A stretch of DNA of 64,000 nt from a virus: IMG/VR virus record IMGVR_UViG_3300031525_000004; one strand, written 5' to 3'. A model generated the notes under the pieces. It searched no databases and was not told the DNA's origin. It worked only from the letters and a program-made list of their open reading frames with translations. The position numbers and the translations under genes were made by a program. Position 1 is the first letter of the stretch. Each line of letters opens with the position of its first letter. Positions 9,162 through 17,043 of this stretch are shown in pieces.

Positions 9162-9479
9162 ATGAGACACGCGAGCGAGCGGATGGCGAATGCGGTACCG
9201 GGTGAAGCTCCTACGGATGAACTGTGGTGGTGGGGTTCGCAGTTGACCGGGGCAAAGCCAGTTGTGTACCGGGGGCGGAACCAGGAGAATCGCACTGGAT
9301 ACGGTCGCTGGAGATGCGAGTACCGTTCTCACGTGAAGTCGTTCGACACATGGCATGAAGCGATTGGGGAAGCGTTAAAGAGAGAGGAAGCGAATGGCTC
9401 GCACCAAGAATCGCTGGACCTATGCGGCTTATCGATCTGGAGGGAAGTAGATGCGTCTCTGGCTAGACGACATTCGTGA
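9162..9479 (+). CDS. Hypothetical protein (WWW...CEYRSHV.FDTW motif; paralog fragment at 59543-59660)
   Basis: RBS GAGAGGAGG upstream of the ATG. The 3' end is uncertain because a coupled micro-ORF (9394..9450) and the next gene start (9451) lie inside the ORF tail. Confidence 0.55.
   Translation: MRHASERMANAVPGEAPTDELWWWGSQLTGAKPVVYRGRNQENRTGYGRWRCEYRSHVKSFDTWHEAIGEALKREEANGSHQESLDLCGLSIWREVDASLARRHS
9394..9450 (+). CDS. Micro-ORF MARTKNRWTYAAYRSGGK (18 aa)
   Basis: RBS GAGGAAG 4 nt upstream. TAG at 9448-9450 abuts the ATG at 9451. The N-terminal 10 aa are conserved with the micro-ORF at 10055 despite synonymous nucleotide differences. Confidence 0.4.
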   Translation: MARTKNRWTYAAYRSGGK

Positions 9480-9765
9480 ACCGTGGAAACACGGGTTTAT
9501 CGCTTGCGAGTGGGCGAAGACCGCCGACGAAGCTATTCGACGATTGGCCACAGGCGAGGTCACGTTCGCTTCACTCGACCACGACTTGACAATGGATGAC
9601 ACGCTTGGTACTCCAAAGGGAGAAAAGACCGGGTACGACGTAGTTTGCTGGATGGAAGAGAACAACGTGTGGCCAGCGGAAGGCGTTGTAGTCCACTCAA
9701 TGAATCCAGTTGGTCGGGCAAGGATGCATTCGGTAATTGACCGCCATTATAAGGGAGCAAAGTAG
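9451..9765 (+). CDS. Receiver-like domain protein (cyclic-phosphate-processing receiver, cREC-like)
   Basis: MRLWLDDIREP...ASLDHDL...TGYDVVCWMEEN...VVVHSMNPVGRARM matches my memory of the cREC/REC-like phage family pattern (LDD, SLDHDL, GYDV, HS.NPVG). Confidence 0.55.
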   Translation: MRLWLDDIREPWKHGFIACEWAKTADEAIRRLATGEVTFASLDHDLTMDDTLGTPKGEKTGYDVVCWMEENNVWPAEGVVVHSMNPVGRARMHSVIDRHYKGAK

Positions 9766-10068
9766 ATGAAATCCCACTTGCTGATAGCGGCGGTAGTCAT
9801 AGGGCATTTCGGCCCCATCGGCGAGTGGTTCCCGAAGTCAACCGTTATCCTGGAGATTAGGTCCTGCGAGGGAGGACTTGAGAGCATCTATTCCGACAAA
9901 GACCTTACGATGGCCATGGCCAACCCATTTTTCGTAGGCCAGAACGGCGACTACTTCTATTTCTCTTCTGATGCGCGAGACAACATTCGCGTGACCGTGG
10001 ACGGAAAATACCGCGGCACAATCGAAAACTGCCCGTACGAAAAGATGGAGCGTCATGGCAAGAACTAA
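9766..10068 (+). CDS. Hypothetical protein
   Basis: 100-aa ORF starting one nt after the previous stop. N-terminal hydrophobic segment. Confidence 0.5.
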   Translation: MKSHLLIAAVVIGHFGPIGEWFPKSTVILEIRSCEGGLESIYSDKDLTMAMANPFFVGQNGDYFYFSSDARDNIRVTVDGKYRGTIENCPYEKMERHGKN

Positions 10069-10141
10069 GACGAGATGGACCTACAAGCGCGGAGTCAAGA
10101 CCCGGAAGAAGAAGGTCCGCCGGCTGCCGCCTCGCCGGTAG
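10055..10141 (+). CDS. Micro-ORF MARTKTRWTYKRGVKTRKKKVRRLPPRR (28 aa)
   Basis: GGAG 6 nt upstream. Overlaps the end of 9766..10068 and the convergent 3' end of 10095..11177. Paralog of 9394..9450. Confidence 0.35.
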   Translation: MARTKTRWTYKRGVKTRKKKVRRLPPRR

Positions 10142-11177
10142 CCTTGCTCCGATTCTTGCTTCCCAGCGGCCGCCCGAGTTTCTTCGGAGCCTTAGCCGCC
10201 TGATCCGCACGATACTTGTCCCACCGTTCGCGCGCCCTCCGCTTGAACATCGCCGTTTGTTTCGCGCGCCACTCTGGATCTCGCCACAATTTTCTGAGAT
10301 GCGCTCCTTTCGGTCCTCGGTGGCGCTGCTTTGGTCCCGGCGTCATGCGCCCGGCGGCAATATCTCGCATCTCCTCGAATAGTTCGCGTATCTTCTTGCT
10401 GGCGTCGCTCATCTTCGCTCTGGGAGAGGTCTCGATGGTCTTGATGCAGTCCGCAATCGTCTCGGCATCCTTGTACGCTTTCCAAAACTCGGCTGATAGC
10501 ATTGTGCGCCGCGGCTCCGGCATGACGACGATCTGCTTGATGAGTTCTTCGAGTTCCTGACTATAGGATTTCTTGATGACAGACTTCGGAAACTCGCACC
10601 GCATATTCACCATCAGCACCATCAGCGCCTGGCGATCGGTGCGCGTGGGCGACCGCAGCCGGTTCTGCGCGTGGACAAACGCTCGGTAGCCGGCCAAGCT
10701 CAGGAGCTCGCCGAACACCTCGTCTGAATAGATTGGGATTTCGTAGTAGAGGCACAGGTCGCGAATCTCGTCGATTTTCATGCCGAGGAATTCGGCCAGT
10801 TCGGGTAATGGCAGCAGAGGCCGCTTGCGGAGCGGCGCAAGCATCGTTCGCAGCCAGTTGAGTGCATCCGGGGATGGTCGGGCCACGACAGTCTCATGCA
10901 GTGCCTGGGACGGGCGCATGACGCGCAGGTAGCCGTTTTGGATCAGGGTCTCGATGCGTTGCCAGCGAACGTTGCCGAGTTCTACGGCCAGTTGCTTGAC
11001 CGTGATCTGGTCACTCGCCGGGACCGGACTCTTTCGCACCAGCAGCCCCGGCAGCTCGTTCTCGGGCGTATTTGTGTCGAAGCTTCGCAATGTCTGAGAA
11101 ATAGGTAGGCGATTGATTTCGTTTGGTTGCATTGCCACCGATCCGCCCGATTTCTGGAAAAAATTCCTCATCATCAA
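10095..11177 (-). CDS. Putative DNA-binding regulator (HTH-like), apparently frameshifted near its 5' end
   Basis: 360-aa ORF with ITVKQLAVELGNVRWQRIETLIQNGYL (HTH-like) and a basic C-terminus. A second ORF (11011..11247) supplies a plausible N-terminus and joins this frame by +1 at a T6 run (plus-strand A6 at 11158-11163). Confidence 0.6.
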   Translation of the reverse strand: MMMRNFFQKSGGSVAMQPNEINRLPISQTLRSFDTNTPENELPGLLVRKSPVPASDQITVKQLAVELGNVRWQRIETLIQNGYLRVMRPSQALHETVVARPSPDALNWLRTMLAPLRKRPLLPLPELAEFLGMKIDEIRDLCLYYEIPIYSDEVFGELLSLAGYRAFVHAQNRLRSPTRTDRQALMVLMVNMRCEFPKSVIKKSYSQELEELIKQIVVMPEPRRTMLSAEFWKAYKDAETIADCIKTIETSPRAKMSDASKKIRELFEEMRDIAAGRMTPGPKQRHRGPKGAHLRKLWRDPEWRAKQTAMFKRRARERWDKYRADQAAKAPKKLGRPLGSKNRSKATGEAAAGGPSSSGS

Positions 11178-11274
11178 TCGGAATCAACATCTTCTCCCGC
11201 TGTTTCTTGGCTGGCTTCGGTGATTCGGTCTTCTCGCTAGTAGCCATGGGCGGATTTTACCGCTTTGATGAAGA

Positions 11275-11304
11275 TTCTGCAAGCGTTAAATAACGCTTGC
11301 AGAA
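11275..11304. promoter_or_regulatory. Perfect 12-6-12 inverted repeat TTCTGCAAGCGT-TAAATA-ACGCTTGCAGAA in a divergent promoter region
   Basis: Read directly. Rightward TTGATG (11265-11270), 16 nt, TAAATA (11287-11292). A leftward -10 candidate TATTTA lies on the other strand. Sits between the regulator gene and the recT operon. Confidence 0.6.
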
Positions 11305-11362
11305 GGTGGGCAACAGTGATAACGTTTGGAGTGTCGGAACTAGACATTGAAAGGAAAGCTAA

Positions 11363-12325
11363 ATGGCCGCAGAACTTGCCGTAGTCCAGACCTCCCCGCA
11401 ACTCACCAGACCTGAAACCTTTGCGCCGCGAACCATTGCGGAGGCGATGGAGTTCGCCAAGATGTTGATCGAGTCCGGCTTCCTCCCGAAAGCGTATGTC
11501 GGGAAACCGCCGTCGGCAATAGTCGTCGCGCTTCAGCTAGGGCTTGAGCTGAATCTTCAGCCAATGCAGGCTCTCCAGTCAATTGCCCTTATCAATAACA
11601 CCCCCGCTGTTTTTGGAGACACAGCCCTCGCGCTTATTAAGGCGCACCCCGCCTTCGAGTATGTTCGCGAAACCATAGACGAAGCCAGCATGACGGCGAC
11701 GTGCGAAGTCAAACGGCGCGGCGAACCTACCGTGATACGCACCTTCTCTCAGAAGGATGCGGCGACTGCCGGGCTGTGGGGAAAGGCTGGACCCTGGACA
11801 AATTATCCGAAGCGAATGCTTCAGATGCGCGCGCGCGGCTTCGCTATTCGCGACCAATTCCCTGATGCGCTCAAGGGTATCGTGACCGCAGAGGAAGCGC
11901 AGGACTATCCCGGCCAGACCGTCGAGGGTGACCGGCCTACCGAGTCCGCTCCCGCGCAGACCACCGCGAAGTCAGCAGAAGAACCCACCATCGGCCAACC
12001 CGGCGGCAGCGAATTCTTCAAGCTCTACAAGCTCTCCGGATGGACCAGCGATGACGCGAAAGCATGGCTCCGCGACAATCTCAAGATCGGCCAGCCTCAC
12101 AACGACAAGAACTCGAAGGACATCCTCGTTGGCGACAAGGATAAGGCCTTCACCTGGGCGAAGACACATGCCCCGGTTCGTGTTGCGGCACACGAGAAGT
12201 TCGCGGCACTCGGCTTCAGCGATGATGAGCGGCGGAAGTTCGTCGAGGACCGCAAGATCAACTGGGTTGAGATCGACAGAGAGCTTGGCGCGGAGATCGA
12301 CAAGCGTAACTCCCAAGAGCAGTAA
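11363..12325 (+). CDS. recT: RecT-family single-strand annealing protein
   Basis: LQLGLELNLQPMQALQSIALINNTPAVFGD and WTNYPKRMLQMRARGFAIRDQFPDALKG match RecT-family signatures. GAAAGGAAAGC RBS motif upstream. Confidence 0.85.
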   Translation: MAAELAVVQTSPQLTRPETFAPRTIAEAMEFAKMLIESGFLPKAYVGKPPSAIVVALQLGLELNLQPMQALQSIALINNTPAVFGDTALALIKAHPAFEYVRETIDEASMTATCEVKRRGEPTVIRTFSQKDAATAGLWGKAGPWTNYPKRMLQMRARGFAIRDQFPDALKGIVTAEEAQDYPGQTVEGDRPTESAPAQTTAKSAEEPTIGQPGGSEFFKLYKLSGWTSDDAKAWLRDNLKIGQPHNDKNSKDILVGDKDKAFTWAKTHAPVRVAAHEKFAALGFSDDERRKFVEDRKINWVEIDRELGAEIDKRNSQEQ

Positions 12326-12531
12326 TTGAGTTTCCCCTTCGGGGGAAAATGTGCGGCGGCGACCGGAGCGCACTCCGGTGTTGAAGCGCTAGTGACGCCT
12401 ATATGCAGCGTGAACCGTTGCTCAGTGTCCATGGCATCTGAGGTTCCGGTGAAGAAATGGTAGGAAGGCTGGCCTAAGTTTCACGCATGTGAGTCAGCCC
12501 GCCGCACAGTAAATTTCAAGGAGAGACGAGA

Positions 12532-12846
12532 ATGGCGACACCGAAAGATTTCCCCATCGTTGACGACTACGGCTTGAGTGGAACGTATGTCTATACGACG
12601 TGGCTGCGCATTGAGGTTTACAGTAAACTGCTTTTCCGGTTATGCCACGGCTACAACGTGACAGGAGATAACAACGTCGATCTCTACCGCGTGAACTCGC
12701 ATGGCAAGATGGAGCGCTTCGCGTACTTCAATTCTGTCAGTTCCGTCGAGGAGGTTGATGGTCCTCCCGAACCTGATCCGGTGCCTTCCCCGGCAGCAGT
12801 CGAAGCTCCGGAAACCGCAACGAAAAACGACGACTACCCCTTTTAG
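12532..12846 (+). CDS. Hypothetical protein
   Basis: 104-aa ORF with RBS AAGGAGAG upstream. Confidence 0.55.
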   Translation: MATPKDFPIVDDYGLSGTYVYTTWLRIEVYSKLLFRLCHGYNVTGDNNVDLYRVNSHGKMERFAYFNSVSSVEEVDGPPEPDPVPSPAAVEAPETATKNDDYPF

Positions 12847-12855
12847 GAGCAATCA

Positions 12856-13191
12856 ATGAAGAACGCCGCAGCAATCCTCGCGCTGGCCCTGGCAATCCCA
12901 GCGTTCGCGCAGACCCCTAAGCCCGCAGCCCCGGTGCCAGCAGCCAAGGCGGCGCCGACCGTCCCAGTCGAGATCAAGGAGCGATTTCACAAGGCGCGCG
13001 CCGACGCCGCAGAGTCTCAGTTGCGATTCCAGGCAGCGCAGCAGGACGCGCAGGCGAAGTCTCTGGCGTACCAGAAGGAGATCGCGGCCGCGCAGGGCGC
13101 TTGCGGCGCGGACTACGCGGTGAATCTGGATAAGTCTGGCGAGTTGGTGTGCCAGGAGAAGCCGAAGGCTGCGGAGCCGGGGAAGAAGTAA
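12856..13191 (+). CDS. Secreted hypothetical protein
   Basis: N-terminal signal-peptide-like MKNAAAILALALAIPAFAQ. RBS TAGGAG upstream. Confidence 0.6.
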   Translation: MKNAAAILALALAIPAFAQTPKPAAPVPAAKAAPTVPVEIKERFHKARADAAESQLRFQAAQQDAQAKSLAYQKEIAAAQGACGADYAVNLDKSGELVCQEKPKAAEPGKK

Positions 13192-13194
13192 GGA

Positions 13195-13407
13195 ATGAGA
13201 TTCCCCGCTAACTGCCTCATTGTTTCCTTGGCGATGGCCGCTTTTCCCGGCAATAGGCTGCGGACGAAGCGGAATCGCATGGGGCGGTTGCACTTATACT
13301 GGTCGGACGCGCGAGGTCGGTCGTGGGAGTTCTATAAGCGCGGCGCGTCGAGTCGGACGTATCTTCATAACGCGCTATATGTTGGCGAAATCAAACGGGT
13401 CGAGTGA
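13195..13407 (+). CDS. Hypothetical protein (weak call)
   Basis: Fills a 230-nt gap. AAGGA lies immediately upstream of the ATG. The composition is only moderately protein-like. Confidence 0.3.
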   Translation: MRFPANCLIVSLAMAAFPGNRLRTKRNRMGRLHLYWSDARGRSWEFYKRGASSRTYLHNALYVGEIKRVE

Positions 13408-13422
13408 AGAAAGGAAAGCGGC

Positions 13423-13692
13423 ATGACAGTCACAGACGAAGAACTTAATGAACTGGAAAAACTCGCGGGAGGGGCCGCCAGTGGAGAATGGTGCCGGGAT
13501 TGGACCTACAGCGCAATTCGGCATGTGCAGCGCAACTGCGACATTGAATGCGGAAGGCATTCAAGCGGGGAAGACGACGAATGCCAGTCCTTCGACCGTT
13601 ACGACGGGCCATACATCGCTTACGCCAACCCTGACCGCATCAGGCGATTGATCGCTGACTTACGTGAGGCTAAGGCGCCGGCGAAGAAGTAG
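13423..13692 (+). CDS. Small phage protein (Ead/Ea22-like C-terminal pattern)
   Basis: GAAAGGAAAGC RBS motif upstream. YANPDRIRRLIADLREA resembles the conserved tail of Ea22-like proteins (from memory). Confidence 0.55.
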   Translation: MTVTDEELNELEKLAGGAASGEWCRDWTYSAIRHVQRNCDIECGRHSSGEDDECQSFDRYDGPYIAYANPDRIRRLIADLREAKAPAKK

Positions 13693-13710
13693 GGGAAGGA
13701 AAGGAAAGCG

Positions 13711-13920
13711 ATGCCTGACGAAAAAGAGTTGCGAGTCCTACTGTACCGTGCGGTGCGGGAACTAAACTACATCGAAGAGATGGCGGTCGAGCTAGTAGAA
13801 GCGAGACATAGGCCGCTCATCGCTTCCGCCGAAGGCCACGAAATCGTGGAAGATGGCATGAAGGCTCTCGACGTGAAAGACCTTGGACTTGAAACGCATG
13901 AGTATGCGAGGTCGATTTGA
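13711..13920 (+). CDS. Hypothetical protein
   Basis: GGAAAGGAAAGCG directly precedes the ATG. 69 aa. Confidence 0.6.
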   Translation: MPDEKELRVLLYRAVRELNYIEEMAVELVEARHRPLIASAEGHEIVEDGMKALDVKDLGLETHEYARSI

Positions 13921-14564
13921 TTCAGATACCCGGTGGCACATACAGCGACGATCCTCATGAATACCGTGACGAGCAGGGCAAGTGGATACCCGGCCTGACG
14001 AACACATTCAAACTCTGCAGCATGAGCGATTTCAGCGGTGCCGATCCAGACGATATGGCGAATGCGGCGAGGCGCGGAACTGCCTTGCATGAACTGGTCG
14101 AAGTCTGGAACCGCGAGGGAGACTGCGATCCGTCTTGGATCACGCCAGAACTAGACGGATATTTTACTGGCTACCGGAAGTTTTTGATCGACACTGGCTT
14201 TGTCTGCGATCCGGAGTGGACGGAGAGGCCTCTGATTGCGACCATCAGGGGCATGCGTCTAGGAATGAAGCCGGACGTGTTTGGCAAACTGCGGCGAGAC
14301 AAGGCTATCGTTGAAATCAAGGCGGCCAGCAGCGTCCAGGCAACGTGGAGCGTGCAGACGGGGATGCAGGAACTTGGCATCCACGCTTCAAATAATGTAG
14401 GCCGGGTGCGGAGATTTGCACTGCAACTCTTCAGGGATGGCCGGTATAAGTTGCACGAGCACGTCAATCATCAGCAGGATGAAGCGATTGGAATTGCGGC
14501 GCTGCGGCTTGTTTGGTGGCGGCTTGAGCAGGGCCAGAAATTGTGGCTCGCCGCTAAACTTTAA
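13917..14564 (+). CDS. PD-(D/E)XK family exonuclease (RecT partner)
   Basis: Motifs HEY..G.WIPGLT, GTALHELVE and KPDVFG...AIVEIKAAS (D...ExK) fit RecB/Cas4-like phage exonucleases. TTG start overlaps the previous stop. Confidence 0.7.
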   Translation: MIQIPGGTYSDDPHEYRDEQGKWIPGLTNTFKLCSMSDFSGADPDDMANAARRGTALHELVEVWNREGDCDPSWITPELDGYFTGYRKFLIDTGFVCDPEWTERPLIATIRGMRLGMKPDVFGKLRRDKAIVEIKAASSVQATWSVQTGMQELGIHASNNVGRVRRFALQLFRDGRYKLHEHVNHQQDEAIGIAALRLVWWRLEQGQKLWLAAKL

Positions 14565-14618
14565 CGGTTGCACAACGTGCCCTCGCGTAGTAATCTGCGA
14601 GTGCAAGGAAAGGAAAGC

Positions 14619-16169
14619 ATGGCGAACATTTACGATTCCCTCCAACCAGTCAAAAGCAGTATGTTCTCACGCGCCGGTTACTCGGACGCAACGTGGGAAT
14701 TGCTCTTCGAGTTCAAGTCTAGCGGCGAGATTCGCTCTTACGCTCAAGTGTCGCCCGAAGTGGCCGATGAAGCCTTGTCTGCGGAGTCATTAGGTAAATG
14801 GTTCAACGCTAACATCAAAGGCAACTCCTCGTGGGAGTTCGAAGTCCTCGGTGCCGATCCCAACGCGCCACCTCTAGTCAATGTCGAGAAGAAGGCCGAC
14901 AAGCCGAAGGCCGCGAAGAAGCCTCCGGTGGCCGACATGGGCATATCGGTGGCCGATATTCAGAACGTCGATCCGAGCTATCAGCCTGACGAGCGCGGTA
15001 TCAATGGCCTCGACGCCTGTATCGGAGATGAAGATCATCCGTTGACGACGTGGCCGACCTATGGTGGGATTGATCGCAGCCAGACCACGATACCGCTTAA
15101 CAAGGTTGAAGTGCTTGGCTCCGGCAAGATCGAGTGGGATGACAAGCACAACATCGCTGGCATCTCGCCATTCACCGAAGAGGACGTGTTTACTGGCGAC
15201 GTGAAGGTTTCCGCTCCAACGATGCGTGATCTACAGAATGCCCACGCGAAGGTCGAGAAACAGCCGGATGTGCTCCTCTTCACGACTCCTCCAACCGATC
15301 CTGAATCCTTCGATATGAAGGAACTCGCCGTCCAGTCTACCGCCGAGATCATGCCGAAGTGGACCGCGCCCGAGTCCGCAGCCGAAGCTCTGGAACTGCT
15401 CTCCGAGCGCGAAACCGAAATCAATGCGCTGATCGAGTCCTGCAAGCAGGCCGGGAAGGCCGCGCTCGCGGTGAAGGTTACAGATGCGGATAGCCGGTTG
15501 AAGGCGAGCGATACGCTTACGGGTCTGGTGGAGCAGAAGGACCGCGCCAAAGAGTTATTGGAGCCATTCCGCGTCCAACTTTACGAGGCTTACACCTACG
15601 CGCAGCAGAAGGGCAAGGCCGCCGTCGATCCCATTGAATCCGCTGTTACGCACGTCAAGAAGCAGATGGTCGCGTGGGATCAGGAGCAGGAGCGGCAGCG
15701 GCAAGCGGCTATCCGCAAGGCGCGGGACGAGGCGGCAGCGGAAGAGAAGCGCCGGCAGGAGGCCGAATCGCAAAGATTGACCTTGCTTGAGTTGGAGGAC
15801 AAGTTGGATCAGGGCGACGAAGCAGGAGCGCAGGCCCTATTCGAGCAGCCCATTCAAGCTCCGCGCCAGTATGTCCAGCCGGTCTACACGCCGTCCGCAG
15901 CGCCCACTATTGAGGGCCAGAGCAGCAGTACGCGCTGGAAGGTAGACGAGACCCCGCTGGAGTCAGAGGAGGGCTACCTGGATTCCGTAATGGCGCTGCT
16001 CCGAGCGGTCAAGGACGACAAAATCGAGATGCGGATGGCGGCAAGCTACCTCAAGTGGGATCTCGTCAGCCTCAACAAACTGGCTGGGGCGCTGCGCGGC
16101 GCATTCTCTGTGCCGGGGCTCACGGCTGCTCCGGTTGGCAATATCTCGGTACGCCGCAGCAAACGCTAA
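14619..16169 (+). CDS. KTSC-domain protein with long coiled-coil C-terminal region
   Basis: Start moved to the ATG after GGAAAGGAAAGC. The N-terminus SSMFSRAGYSDATWELLFEFKSSGEIRSYAQVSPEVADEALSAESLGKWFNANIKG fits the KTSC pattern. Confidence 0.65.
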   Translation: MANIYDSLQPVKSSMFSRAGYSDATWELLFEFKSSGEIRSYAQVSPEVADEALSAESLGKWFNANIKGNSSWEFEVLGADPNAPPLVNVEKKADKPKAAKKPPVADMGISVADIQNVDPSYQPDERGINGLDACIGDEDHPLTTWPTYGGIDRSQTTIPLNKVEVLGSGKIEWDDKHNIAGISPFTEEDVFTGDVKVSAPTMRDLQNAHAKVEKQPDVLLFTTPPTDPESFDMKELAVQSTAEIMPKWTAPESAAEALELLSERETEINALIESCKQAGKAALAVKVTDADSRLKASDTLTGLVEQKDRAKELLEPFRVQLYEAYTYAQQKGKAAVDPIESAVTHVKKQMVAWDQEQERQRQAAIRKARDEAAAEEKRRQEAESQRLTLLELEDKLDQGDEAGAQALFEQPIQAPRQYVQPVYTPSAAPTIEGQSSSTRWKVDETPLESEEGYLDSVMALLRAVKDDKIEMRMAASYLKWDLVSLNKLAGALRGAFSVPGLTAAPVGNISVRRSKR

Positions 16170-16187
16170 ATCTACAAGGGGAAGTCT

Positions 16188-16418
16188 ATGCCAACAGGCA
16201 GGGTAATCAGTTTCAAAAACGCAGACGGCTTTGGCTTCATTGAGCGCAGTGATGGCGGCAAAGACCTCTTTGTTCATTGGAAGAATATCCAGTCCGACGA
16301 AGCATTCAAAACGCTGGAGGTCGGTCAGGAAGTTGAATTCGTCATCGGCCTCGGCCCAAAGTCGTTGCCAGAGGCTCAGGAAGTGCGTGTCATCAACAGC
16401 GAAGCGAGGAGAGCGTAA
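16188..16418 (+). CDS. cspA: Cold-shock domain protein
   Basis: GRVISFKNADGFGFIERSDGGKDLFVHW carries the RNP1-like and RNP2-like motifs of the CspA family. Confidence 0.85.
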   Translation: MPTGRVISFKNADGFGFIERSDGGKDLFVHWKNIQSDEAFKTLEVGQEVEFVIGLGPKSLPEAQEVRVINSEARRA

Positions 16419-16639
16419 TGGCGCAAAAAGTGTTGAACCTGAAAACATCGTCCAATGTGAAATCCGCAGTTTGGGACGATGAGACCATGGGCTTGGCCGT
16501 AATCTTCCACTCCGGGCACGGTGGGGTTTACGCGCAAGTCCCCGAGGAAGTCGCTTTGGGCATGGAGCAGGCGGACAGCCCCGGCAACTACCTGCACACC
16601 TACGTCAAGCCGCAGTACACGTACTCGAAGACTAGCTAG
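16418..16639 (+). CDS. KTSC-domain protein
   Basis: TAATG overlap with csp. SSNVKSAVWDDETMGLAVIFHSGHGGVYAQVPEEVALGMEQADSPGNYL fits the KTSC pattern. Confidence 0.65.
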   Translation: MAQKVLNLKTSSNVKSAVWDDETMGLAVIFHSGHGGVYAQVPEEVALGMEQADSPGNYLHTYVKPQYTYSKTS

Positions 16640-16653
16640 GAAAGGAAAACGCC

Positions 16654-16977
16654 ATGTTCGAATCACCTACGTCTGATAGCGAGAAGTTTGTCCGCGCGCA
16701 CTGCTTGTTTGTGTGCGTCTACGGAAATGCAGGACTCCCCTCCGTTTACTGCCACCAATCCACCCGCAATAGCGATATTGCCGTAAGCGGATCGGGAGAG
16801 ACGATAGACATAGCGTGGGATGACGTTGCAAACAAGACGCGCCAGCGCCTCGCGTACCTCGCAACCGTCGCCGAGTCTATCTCGGAGGTTGATAACTCTA
16901 GCCTGCCCAACAAGAACTTCATCGCGGCTATCCTGCGCGATCTGTATGAAGAATCAGGCCGGGGAATCAGACTCTAG
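16654..16977 (+). CDS. Hypothetical protein
   Basis: GGAAAGGAAAAC RBS motif upstream. 107 aa. Confidence 0.55.
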   Translation: MFESPTSDSEKFVRAHCLFVCVYGNAGLPSVYCHQSTRNSDIAVSGSGETIDIAWDDVANKTRQRLAYLATVAESISEVDNSSLPNKNFIAAILRDLYEESGRGIRL

Positions 16978-17043
16978 TGGGCGACCTCGAAAGCTACACG
17001 CTCCCCAGTAATCGTATTCGAAGATCGGATAAGGAAGGAAAGC

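Noticed and set aside
9394-9408. MARTK start resembling the histone H3 N-terminal tail (ARTK)
   Set aside because: This is a four-residue coincidence in a basic peptide with no eukaryotic context. Only the paralogy of the two micro-ORFs is reported.
12331-12349. Hairpin TTTCCCC-TTCG-GGGGAAA after recT, and a similar hairpin at 39022-39043, as intrinsic terminators
   Set aside because: The stems are good but there is no downstream T-run on either strand. They are left uncalled and could be processing or attenuation structures.
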